From: Candidatus Dojkabacteria bacterium
Lineage (GTDB): Bacteria; Patescibacteriota; Dojkabacteria; GCA-002793355
Assembly: GCA_015485585.1 (NCBI GenBank)
Contig: WFTI01000005.1
Span: 1-51,898 of the forward strand
DNA length: 51,898 bases
Direction of reading: 5' to 3'
A program made the translations under genes and the position numbers. How positions within the stretch are numbered: position 1 is the stretch's first letter; each line of letters opens with the position of its first letter. Shown here one piece after another: positions 28,592 through 37,223 of the stretch. Under the pieces are notes generated by a model. That model saw only the letters and a list, made by a program, of their open reading frames with translations, was not told where the DNA came from and made no database searches.

Positions 28592-29236
28592 ATGACACCT
28601 CGCAGAAGACAAAAGATGACTATTCAGGCTGCTGTAAAAGAGATTGTTTTACAAGATAAGCGTATTCAGAAGATAATGAATACTCCCTATTTTAATACAA
28701 GCGCGTATGCGCGAGAAATCCAGAAACAAGTAGAAAAGATGGTAGGAACCCGTGTAAAACTTAATACTATTACGGTTTCTTTAAAACGATTACAGCGAAG
28801 ACTAAAAAGTTTGCCGACTGCAGAATCGGTGTCTTTTGAAGTCAGTGATCTACAGGTTAAGGCTCCTGTTAAAATGGGTGTTTACGAGGCAAACCGTACG
28901 GTATTAATGTTTATCGGTAACTTGCTCTCAGATAAACGAGCCCAAGAACGGTTGTTCTATACAGATGTGCACCGTGATCAGGTGCTTGTAGTGTATCCGC
29001 GTGATATGCAAGAATCTCTTGCTAAGATTGATAGTTCTCTTCAGGAAAACGGAGGAGACTACGCTATGCTTGTGGTAAAAGTTGAAAAAGACGATGTTTC
29101 AGAGGTAGTAGAAGAGATCGCGTCACGTTTAAACGAAGAGGGAGTAAAAACCCGTTTTCTAAGTGTTCACAAAGGCGAGGTGGTTTTTGTAATCCCTTAC
29201 AATGAGCTGATTAAGGTATTAGCCTGGTTCTCGTAA
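28592..29236 (+). CDS. Putative regulator with a helical N-terminus and an ACT-like C-terminal domain
   Basis: N.SAYAR.I...V........TI.VSLKR pattern and an alternating beta/alpha C-terminus resembling archaeal ACT-domain proteins. Recognition is tentative. Confidence 0.5.
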   Translation: MTPRRRQKMTIQAAVKEIVLQDKRIQKIMNTPYFNTSAYAREIQKQVEKMVGTRVKLNTITVSLKRLQRRLKSLPTAESVSFEVSDLQVKAPVKMGVYEANRTVLMFIGNLLSDKRAQERLFYTDVHRDQVLVVYPRDMQESLAKIDSSLQENGGDYAMLVVKVEKDDVSEVVEEIASRLNEEGVKTRFLSVHKGEVVFVIPYNELIKVLAWFS

Positions 29237-29285
29237 CCTACTTTGGTTGAGTAAAAATAGGAGCGGGTTTATAATCCGAGGTATT

Positions 29286-30674
29286 ATGAAGAGGCGTTAT
29301 CTTATTGAGGTTGGGGCTTGTTTTATCTTTGCGTTAGTGCCTGCTATAGCTTGGTTTGTTTATAAACAGAATCTTTTTGTGATTTTTTCTGTGTATGAGC
29401 TTGGGAGGCTGTTTGGATTTTTGGCGTTTGGTTTTTTCGTAGCGGGTCTTTTGATCTCGTTTAAAGGTTCGATCTTTAGATTAATTGATAAGCTTTATGT
29501 TTGGCATCAGATTTTTATGTTGCTTAGTGGACTTTTTGCTTTTCTTCATATGAGTGCTTTCTTGTACTTTTATATAGATAATCCGCTTTTTAGAAAGATA
29601 ATTCTTGTTCCTGATATTAATTTTCCGTTGTATTTCTGGGGGGTTTTGGCGGGATGGGGATTGTGGCTTGTAATAATTGTGACATATTTGTTCGTTTATG
29701 TTTTACCGTATAGATGGTGGAGATTTTTCCATATGATAGGAGGTTTAGCTTTTTTGTCGGTTGTGTTTCATCTTTTAGAAGGTACTGCTGAGTTTACGAA
29801 GGTTACGGCATTGAAGTGGTTAGTTAGTTTTTATGTTTTTGTCGGGTTATTGGTGGTTCTCGTTAGGATGATTAATCGTTTCGTTACTCCAATAGGGGTA
29901 AGGTATAGGGTATCGCAGGTTAAAAAGTTATCTGAAAACTATCTTCGTATTGTCTTGAAACAAGAAAAAGGCTTTTTTAATAATTTCCTTGGGTTTTTAT
30001 TCACTTTTGGTAGATCCGTTATAAGACCCGGTGATTTTGTGTTTCTTTATGTTCCTTCCAAGATTAGAAAGTGGTATGGAGAGCATCCTTTTACGGTTAT
30101 AAAGAGTACAGAAGATTCATTGGAGCTTGTAGTTAAAAAACAAGGAGCAGGTACAAAGAGGCTGTATAAGCTTAACAAAGGCGATGTTGTATATGTAAAC
30201 GGGGGTTTTGGCACATTGTACGACATGATGAATCGTTACCCCTCTAACATTGTTTTTATTAGTGCTGGAGTGGGGGTGACACCGTTTCTTGCTGCTTTTT
30301 ATCTTTTTCCAAAAAACGTAAAACTTTTCTATGTGTTTCGTGAGCAAAAAGACAATCTTTTAAATTTGTTGGGTATAAAGGCTAAGAGTAATTGGAGGTT
30401 GTTTAGCACCCAGGAAGAGAGAAGACGTATAAATAAAGAAGACATGCTTGAGTTTCTTAAGATGGTAGGCACTCCTTCATTGATTGTGGTTACTGGTCCT
30501 TTGGGATTTGTTAAGTTTGTGAAGAAGGTCTTAAAAGAGGCGCGGTTTAAGGTTCCTTTGTATAGTGAGAACGTTGTGTTTAATCGGCCTTTGTTGGTCG
30601 GAGTGATTTTGACATCACTGCTTTTACTTGTTTTAATTCTCTACTATTGGTTTGTGTTTAAGATGTTAGGGTGA
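29286..30674 (+). CDS. Ferric reductase-like transmembrane protein with FAD/NAD-binding domain
   Basis: Heme-ligand His pairs in TM helices (WHQ..FLH, FFH..VFH), PGDFVFL, EHPFT, AGVGVTPF, TGP. Confidence 0.88.
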   Translation: MKRRYLIEVGACFIFALVPAIAWFVYKQNLFVIFSVYELGRLFGFLAFGFFVAGLLISFKGSIFRLIDKLYVWHQIFMLLSGLFAFLHMSAFLYFYIDNPLFRKIILVPDINFPLYFWGVLAGWGLWLVIIVTYLFVYVLPYRWWRFFHMIGGLAFLSVVFHLLEGTAEFTKVTALKWLVSFYVFVGLLVVLVRMINRFVTPIGVRYRVSQVKKLSENYLRIVLKQEKGFFNNFLGFLFTFGRSVIRPGDFVFLYVPSKIRKWYGEHPFTVIKSTEDSLELVVKKQGAGTKRLYKLNKGDVVYVNGGFGTLYDMMNRYPSNIVFISAGVGVTPFLAAFYLFPKNVKLFYVFREQKDNLLNLLGIKAKSNWRLFSTQEERRRINKEDMLEFLKMVGTPSLIVVTGPLGFVKFVKKVLKEARFKVPLYSENVVFNRPLLVGVILTSLLLLVLILYYWFVFKMLG

Positions 30675-30841
30675 GAAGGGGAGGGCCTTAAAAAGTTTTT
30701 AAAAGATGCCTGCTCATTCGAACACTTCTGTGGAAGGGATGTAAGCATAATGGGGTAAGAGTTATGTTAGATGGTATGACGACTAGATGGTATAATTCCT
30801 TGGGGATTACGCTGGGTTTTTATAAAGGCCCGTCGTAAAGG

Positions 30842-30875
30842 GTTTGAGGGGCGCCCGAAAGGGCGCCCCTCAAAC
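30842..30875. repeat. 15-bp perfect GC-rich hairpin in the tRNA-Arg leader
   Basis: GTTTGAGGGGCGCCC-GAAA-GGGCGCCCCTCAAAC. Confidence 0.9.
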
Positions 30876-30877
30876 AT

Positions 30878-30951
30878 GCGCCCGTAGCTCAACAGGAAAG
30901 AGCAGCCGCCTTCTAAGCGGCAGGTTGCAGGTTCGAGTCCTGCCGGGCGCG
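30878..30951 (+). tRNA. tRNA-Arg (TCT)
   Basis: Acceptor stem GCGCCCG/CGGGCGC, anticodon arm GCCGC-CTTCTAA-GCGGC, GGTTCGAGTCC, no encoded CCA. Confidence 0.96.
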
Positions 30952-30971
30952 TTTTTTGTTATAATACTCCT

Positions 30972-33911
30972 ATGTCACTTGACACCTCATCAGTAGGTGA
31001 TTTCTTTAAAGAGGTAGATGAACCAGTACTTAGATTCTGGAAAAAACATAAAGTCTTTGAAAAATCAGTTTCCTCACGCCCAAAAGAAAGAAGCTATGTT
31101 TTCTATGACGGTCCTCCATTTGTCACAGGCATACCACATTTTGGCCACCTTTTCGTAGGGACCTTAAAAGATGTCATTCCACGTTATCAAACCATGTTAG
31201 GAAAGCGAGTAGAACGTAGATGGGGATGGGATTGCCATGGTCTTCCGATTGAAGAAAAAGTTGAGCGCAAACTTGGTACTAAAAACCGTCGCGATATTGA
31301 AGAGAAGATCGGTTTAGAACGGTTTATCAAAGAATGTAAACGTTATGTAAATGAGATCTCTGATCAGTGGGCATGGTACGTAGATCACATAGGGAGATGG
31401 GTAGACCTTAAAAATGCGTATCGAACCGATACATTAGAGTACATGGAATCAGTTATCTGGGCGCTCAAACAGATGTATGAAAAGGGCCTTCTTTACTTTG
31501 GAAAACGAATCTCCCTTTATTGCCCACGTTGTGGGACTCCGGTTTCAAGATTTGAGACCGAGATGGATAACTCCTATAAAAACCTTGAAGATCCTTCAGT
31601 TTATGTAATGTTTAAACTCAAAGGATGCGCTGAAGATAAAACCTATCTTCTAGTTTGGACAACAACCCCGTGGACACTCCCTGCTAATGTTGCCGTAGCA
31701 GTACACAAAGATATCACCTATGTAACCTTAGAGAGCGGATCAAACTACTACATTCTTGCAAAGTCACGTGTAAAAGAGGTGTTTAAGAATAAGAAATATC
31801 GAATTTTAAGCGAATACAAAGGAGAAAAGTTGCTAGGCTTAGAATATGAGCCCCTCTTTGATTATTTTGTAGATCAAAGTCATAAAAATGACTTTAAGGT
31901 CTATCATGGTGATTTTGTATCTGCTGACGAAGGAACCGGAGTAGTCCATATGGCAACTGCTTACGGAGAAGATGACTTTAATATGCGTGACAAGTATAAA
32001 CTTTCTTTATTTGAAGCTATTGATGAGGTTGGAAAGTTTACCTCAGTAGTCAAAGATCTAGAGGGGGTGTATTTTAAAGAGGCTGATCCGATTATAATCT
32101 CGAAATTAAAAGAGAAGGGGCTTCTTTTTAAAGAAGGAAAGATAGTCCATAGTTACCCTGTTTGTTGGCGATGTCAAACTCCTTTGATGTATAAAGCTCA
32201 AGAGTCTTGGTATATTGATCTTCAGAAGGTAAAACCCAAAATGCTTAAACTTGCAGAGAAGATCTATTGGGTTCCTGATCATAAGAAGAATGAGTTTAGA
32301 AATGTAATTGAAAGCGCCCCTGATTGGGGTATTTCGCGTACAAGGTTCTGGGCAACACCTTTGCCTTTCTGGCAATGTGAAAAATGTGACAACATGGTTG
32401 TGGTAGGTTCAATTAAAGAGATAGAAGAACGTTCAGGAAAGAAAGTGACTGATCTTCACCGCCCTTATATAGATGAGCATGTTTTTACATGTGAGAAGTG
32501 CGGTGGAAAGATGTATCGGGTTAAAGAGGTTGTAGACGTGTGGGTAGAGTCAGGAAGCATGCCGTTTGCACAGTTTCATTATCCTTTTGAGAATAGAGAG
32601 AAGTTTAAAAGTAATTTTCCTGCTGACTACATTGTTGAATATATAGCCCAGGTTAAGGCATGGTTTAATGTGCTTCATCGGGTATCAACAATTCTTTTTG
32701 ATGAGATAGCATTTAAGAATGTACTTGCGCATGGAGTGATCTTAGGAAGCGATGGAAGAAAGATGAGCAAATCTTTCGGTAACTATCCTGATCCGAAAGA
32801 CACTATAAAACGGTATGGGGCTGATGCTCTACGTCTCTATTTCTTAAGCTATGCGTTTGTAGAAGGAGGTCACGCTCCTTTCAACGAGGATCTTATATTT
32901 GAACAGAAAAAAGAGGTAGTGGTTAAACTCTACAATATATACCGTTATCTTGCAAGTTATGTTAATAAATTCGGAGTAGAGTATGAGGATGATCCTACCT
33001 CAGATCATGTGCTTGATATCTGGGTAAAGGCAAGAGTAAAAGAGGCTATAAAAGAGATAAGAGAGAATCTTGATAAGTTACGTCTTCCTAAGGCAAGTAC
33101 AGCCTTACGCAGTCTTATAAATGATGTATCAGTGTGGTACATAAAACGAAGTCGTGATCGCATTACCGCAGGAGACAAAAAAGCCCTTGCTACCTTGTTG
33201 TGGGTTCTTCATAGGTTGGTGCTTTTATCTGCTCCGTTTATTCCTTTTATAACAGAGCATGTTTACCAGAAATACAAGAAGCTTTTACCTAAAGACAAAC
33301 AGTTCTTATCGGTTCATCTTGCTTATTACCCTGACGTCACTCCTTTGACAAAGGTGGAGAAGGAGACGCTTTCTACGATGCAGGTTGTGCGTAAGCTCGC
33401 AAGTATGGGACATACATTGCGGGTTTTACACAAGCTCCCTGTAAGACAGCCGTTACGTGAGGTAGTAATAGCTGGAGTTTCTTTATCTGATGAATATCTT
33501 GAGCTTCTAGCAAGTGAGCTGAATGTGAAAGAGATCGTGGTAAAGAGAAGTAAACCGAAAAACTTAGGGAAAGACTATGCTGTCGAAGAAGAAAAAGATC
33601 TCTTCTTGGCTTTGAAGATAAAAGTAGATAGCTTGCTCCTTAAAGAGCGTATTGTAAATGAGTTTATCCGTAGGGTACAGCAACTTCGCAAAGAATTGGG
33701 TTTATCAATAGGAGATAAGATTAAAGTAACCTATTACACCACTGACTCGTTAATAGAAGATGCACTTTCTTCTTCGCAAGAAACCATCAAAGAAAGGATA
33801 GAAGCAACAGAGTTTAATAAAGCTTTAGACAAGCCAACCGGTAAAGGATTAAAGACTCTTGTTTTACCCGAAAATAAAGAAGTTATCGTCAAAATGAAGA
33901 AGGTTGCATAG
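30972..33911 (+). CDS. ileS: Isoleucine--tRNA ligase, type 2 (eukaryote/archaea-like)
   Basis: DGPPF..GIPHFGH, GWDCHGLP, WTTTPWTLP, ISRTRFWATPLP, KMSKS. No C-terminal type-1 zinc finger is seen. Confidence 0.96.
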   Translation: MSLDTSSVGDFFKEVDEPVLRFWKKHKVFEKSVSSRPKERSYVFYDGPPFVTGIPHFGHLFVGTLKDVIPRYQTMLGKRVERRWGWDCHGLPIEEKVERKLGTKNRRDIEEKIGLERFIKECKRYVNEISDQWAWYVDHIGRWVDLKNAYRTDTLEYMESVIWALKQMYEKGLLYFGKRISLYCPRCGTPVSRFETEMDNSYKNLEDPSVYVMFKLKGCAEDKTYLLVWTTTPWTLPANVAVAVHKDITYVTLESGSNYYILAKSRVKEVFKNKKYRILSEYKGEKLLGLEYEPLFDYFVDQSHKNDFKVYHGDFVSADEGTGVVHMATAYGEDDFNMRDKYKLSLFEAIDEVGKFTSVVKDLEGVYFKEADPIIISKLKEKGLLFKEGKIVHSYPVCWRCQTPLMYKAQESWYIDLQKVKPKMLKLAEKIYWVPDHKKNEFRNVIESAPDWGISRTRFWATPLPFWQCEKCDNMVVVGSIKEIEERSGKKVTDLHRPYIDEHVFTCEKCGGKMYRVKEVVDVWVESGSMPFAQFHYPFENREKFKSNFPADYIVEYIAQVKAWFNVLHRVSTILFDEIAFKNVLAHGVILGSDGRKMSKSFGNYPDPKDTIKRYGADALRLYFLSYAFVEGGHAPFNEDLIFEQKKEVVVKLYNIYRYLASYVNKFGVEYEDDPTSDHVLDIWVKARVKEAIKEIRENLDKLRLPKASTALRSLINDVSVWYIKRSRDRITAGDKKALATLLWVLHRLVLLSAPFIPFITEHVYQKYKKLLPKDKQFLSVHLAYYPDVTPLTKVEKETLSTMQVVRKLASMGHTLRVLHKLPVRQPLREVVIAGVSLSDEYLELLASELNVKEIVVKRSKPKNLGKDYAVEEEKDLFLALKIKVDSLLLKERIVNEFIRRVQQLRKELGLSIGDKIKVTYYTTDSLIEDALSSSQETIKERIEATEFNKALDKPTGKGLKTLVLPENKEVIVKMKKVA

Positions 33912-33967
33912 TATGGCATAATATCTTTAATGCAGGTATGAAGCTAAGTTAAAGTATCTATTAAACC

Positions 33968-34315
33968 ATGGCAGAGATTCATATTACCACCTTTGAAGAG
34001 TTTGAAAAGGAGGTGCTTGAAGAGAAAGACAAGATAGTACTTGTTGACTTCTGGGCGGTTTGGTGTGCTCCTTGTCATATGTTAGCTCCTGTACTTAAGG
34101 CATTAGAAGAAAGGTATCAAGATAAGGTGAAGATCGTAAAGGTAAATGTGGATGTAGCACGTGACCTTGCCCAGAAATATGGAATCATGAGTATTCCTAC
34201 AGTTTATCTTTTTAAAGATGGAGCTGAGGTGAAACAGTTTATAGGCGTACAACCATTAGATGTGTACGCCTCAGCGATTGAGGCTCTTTTAGATGGTTCT
34301 TCAGATCAAGAATAA
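33968..34315 (+). CDS. trxA: Thioredoxin
   Basis: VDFWAVWCAPC and IMSIPT motifs. Confidence 0.95.
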   Translation: MAEIHITTFEEFEKEVLEEKDKIVLVDFWAVWCAPCHMLAPVLKALEERYQDKVKIVKVNVDVARDLAQKYGIMSIPTVYLFKDGAEVKQFIGVQPLDVYASAIEALLDGSSDQE

Positions 34316-34323
34316 TAGAGGGT

Positions 34324-35007
34324 ATGTCGCCTTTTACGTACTATGTAGTGAGTATTCTGTTGTATCTTTTTGCGGTATACGTACAGGTTAGGTTGTATCG
34401 TACTGTCAGAAGATACTCAAAGATTCCGAGTAGTTTAAGGTTACAAGCAAATGAGTTTGTAACCATTGTGTCAAAAAAGTTACAACTACATTTAAAGGTC
34501 GAGGAAACAGGAGGTTATTTAGCAGACCACTATGATAGCAAAAGGAATATAATCCGTTTATCAAAAGGGGTTTTCTCGTCAGATTCAATAGCAGCCATAG
34601 GAATTGCAGCTCATGAGCTTGGGCATGCGATTCAGAAGAAAGAAGGTTATCTATTTCTTGTATTACGTAATCTAGTTGCTAGGTTGGTTCCTTTTGGTAC
34701 TCAGTTAGGATACCTTCTGATTATTTTTGGATTGGTTTTTAATATTTTTAGTCTGGCTAAGCTTGGTCTTTTCTTGTTTACAGGTTTGCTGATTTTTACT
34801 ATTGTTACCTTACCAGTTGAATTTGATGCAAGCAAAAAGGCACTAAAGCTACTTGAAACGGAGTTTCAATTACCAAGTGATGAGGTTGATGCTATCCGTA
34901 GGGTATTAAACGCTGCAGCTTTAACCTATGTGGCTGCTTTTGTATCAGCTTTGTTTGAATTTCTATATTATGCTTCTTTGGTATTAAGAGCTTCTGAGCA
35001 AAGATAG
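34324..35007 (+). CDS. Membrane zinc metallopeptidase (YugP-like)
   Basis: LADHYD, AAHELGHAIQ, TLPVEFDAS, AAALTYVA. Confidence 0.92.
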   Translation: MSPFTYYVVSILLYLFAVYVQVRLYRTVRRYSKIPSSLRLQANEFVTIVSKKLQLHLKVEETGGYLADHYDSKRNIIRLSKGVFSSDSIAAIGIAAHELGHAIQKKEGYLFLVLRNLVARLVPFGTQLGYLLIIFGLVFNIFSLAKLGLFLFTGLLIFTIVTLPVEFDASKKALKLLETEFQLPSDEVDAIRRVLNAAALTYVAAFVSALFEFLYYASLVLRASEQR

Positions 35008-36342
35008 GTTTTCGGCATGCTCGATGATCTCTCCCATAACTCCGCGTCTTCCACCCCCTGTGATTTTGATCTTTACCCATGTTCCAACCGGTAAGGTATT
35101 GTAAGGGATATCAACAATCTGGTTCCGTATAGAGGTAGCTTGATTCTCTGAAGAGATGACTCCGATATATTCTTTTCCTATCTGGGCTTTGTTACGTTGA
35201 GCAAATATCTTGTTTACAAGTCTGTTTAATCTGTCAAAGCGCTTTTGCACGATCTTCTGATATTCAACATCATGCACAATATCTTTATGCATATTATGAC
35301 GAGGAGAATATTTTGCAAAAAATACCTTATCAAATTTTAATGTTTTTATTACCTCTATTGTTTCTTCGAAATCTTCATCGGTTTCTGGAGGAAATCCGAC
35401 TATAATATCAGTTGTAAGGTAAAGGTTAGGTATCTTTTTTCTGCTGTATTTTGCTATCTTGAGGTATTGTTCTTTGGTATATTTTCGGTTCATGGCTGCA
35501 AGTACTTTGTTTGAACCCGATTGCAGAGGAAGTCCAAGGTGTTTCATAATTTTCTCCCCCCTAGCGATAAAATCAATTACTTCAGGGGTTATGTAGTTTG
35601 GATGGGGGCTTGTAAAAGAAAAGAGAAAATCATAGGGCAGTGATTCAATCTCTTTTAGGAGATCTATAAAGGTTTTATTGGCTTTTTCATCTTTCCATTT
35701 ATCTACGATCTGCCCTAGAAGATATATTATCTTTTTACCGCTTTTTATAGCACTTTCAACCTCTTCTAAGATACTTTCAAAAGATCTATATCTTTCTTTT
35801 CCTCTTGTGTAAGGAACAATACAGAAGGTGCAAAATTCATTACATCCAGTCATGATAGGAATACTTGCAACGATTGAGTTATCTTGTAAGGTTGTTGGAA
35901 TAAGATCAATATATGACTTTGAGACATCGCGATTAAATACCAGGTCATGGTAGTCAATCTTTCCTTCAAGAAGCTCAGGAAGTTTGTCAAGATTTGTTAT
36001 ATCAAAAAAAGCATCAGCCGAAGGCATAACCTTTTCTAATCTTTTAAGCCTTTCTTTGGTGCGAGTATTATCATGGTCTAGGTAATCGCGTCTTACCATA
36101 CATCCTGAGATAATAGCTTTGGTGGAGGGATTTTTCTGTTTTAGTTTTTGGGTATACGCGATCACTTTGTGTTCGGCTTTTTCACGTACGCTACATGTCA
36201 AAACTATGACATAGTCAGCTTCTTTATCGGAAAAAACCTCTTTATAACCTTGTTTGTTTAATATAGTTCGTACCCTTTCAGCATCTGCATGATTGAATAA
36301 ACATCCGTAGATTTTTATGAAATATCTTTTAGTTTTTGGCAT
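34984..36342 (-). CDS. miaB: tRNA methylthiotransferase, MiaB family radical SAM
   Basis: Three N-terminal cysteines (YGC, TCSVRE, GCM), CNEFCTFC, PYTRGKE, QSGS, TDIIVGFP. Confidence 0.88.
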   Translation of the reverse strand: MPKTKRYFIKIYGCLFNHADAERVRTILNKQGYKEVFSDKEADYVIVLTCSVREKAEHKVIAYTQKLKQKNPSTKAIISGCMVRRDYLDHDNTRTKERLKRLEKVMPSADAFFDITNLDKLPELLEGKIDYHDLVFNRDVSKSYIDLIPTTLQDNSIVASIPIMTGCNEFCTFCIVPYTRGKERYRSFESILEEVESAIKSGKKIIYLLGQIVDKWKDEKANKTFIDLLKEIESLPYDFLFSFTSPHPNYITPEVIDFIARGEKIMKHLGLPLQSGSNKVLAAMNRKYTKEQYLKIAKYSRKKIPNLYLTTDIIVGFPPETDEDFEETIEVIKTLKFDKVFFAKYSPRHNMHKDIVHDVEYQKIVQKRFDRLNRLVNKIFAQRNKAQIGKEYIGVISSENQATSIRNQIVDIPYNTLPVGTWVKIKITGGGRRGVMGEIIEHAENLSLLRSS

Positions 36343-36376
36343 GGAAGAATTGTATCATATAGGGGTATAATAGTTT

Positions 36377-37192
36377 ATGAAACTCTTGCCTAATTCTCTT
36401 TTGACGTATCCGCAAGTTACTAATTATGGAGCTGAGGTTTATGTAACTTATGATAACAAAGTTTGGGGTAATCTCTCGCCCCTATTTGCAGAAACCGATG
36501 CGGAAAAAGAACTAATAAAGAAGAAAGATAAAGAATTGCTTGAGTTTACAAAAGTAAAAAAGGCTTTTGTTGCTACAACTCCGTTAGAGCCTACTTTGAT
36601 GGTTCTTGATGAGAAGGTTTCTGGGGTTCTAACTTATAAAAATAACGATACTTTTGTTTATTTAAGAACCAACGGTATTATTGCTACTCGACTCGGTTAT
36701 CGTTATGAGATTGTATTTGCCCCTGCAGACTGTGCTATATTTATTGGAGTGCATCCTGATTTTGAGGGACTAGTCGCTCTCCATTTGGGATTTGCTCAGG
36801 TCTTTATGAATCTCCATCTACAAACATTCAAGTTATTTGCGACATTGTACCCTACTATAGATCTTTCAGGTTTTCGTATATTTATAACCCCTTACATATG
36901 TGGTAGACACTACTATATTAGTGAGGAACGATTCGACTACCTTAATAGAACGGGTGTTCTACAGTCTCGCTTTTCAGACTATGTGGTGAAAAAAGATCGT
37001 AAATATTATGTTGATTTCGTGAAAGCAGCGAAGGAAGAACTAAGCGAAAAGTTCGGTATCACTACTTTTTACGAACCCGGCCTTTGTACTTATGAACTTG
37101 CTCAAAAAGATAAATTATTTTCACACAAATATTCGAAAGAACACAAGGAGAGCAGAAAAGGTGTTTTTAACGTTATAGTAGTGACATCTTGA
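36377..37192 (+). CDS. Divergent YfiH/laccase-domain (purine nucleoside phosphorylase-like) protein
   Basis: ADC, LHLG, PYIC and CTY....LFSH motifs. Confidence 0.7.
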   Translation: MKLLPNSLLTYPQVTNYGAEVYVTYDNKVWGNLSPLFAETDAEKELIKKKDKELLEFTKVKKAFVATTPLEPTLMVLDEKVSGVLTYKNNDTFVYLRTNGIIATRLGYRYEIVFAPADCAIFIGVHPDFEGLVALHLGFAQVFMNLHLQTFKLFATLYPTIDLSGFRIFITPYICGRHYYISEERFDYLNRTGVLQSRFSDYVVKKDRKYYVDFVKAAKEELSEKFGITTFYEPGLCTYELAQKDKLFSHKYSKEHKESRKGVFNVIVVTS

Positions 37193-37223
37193 AAAATCTT
37201 AAAATCTCTGATAAATTTTAATA

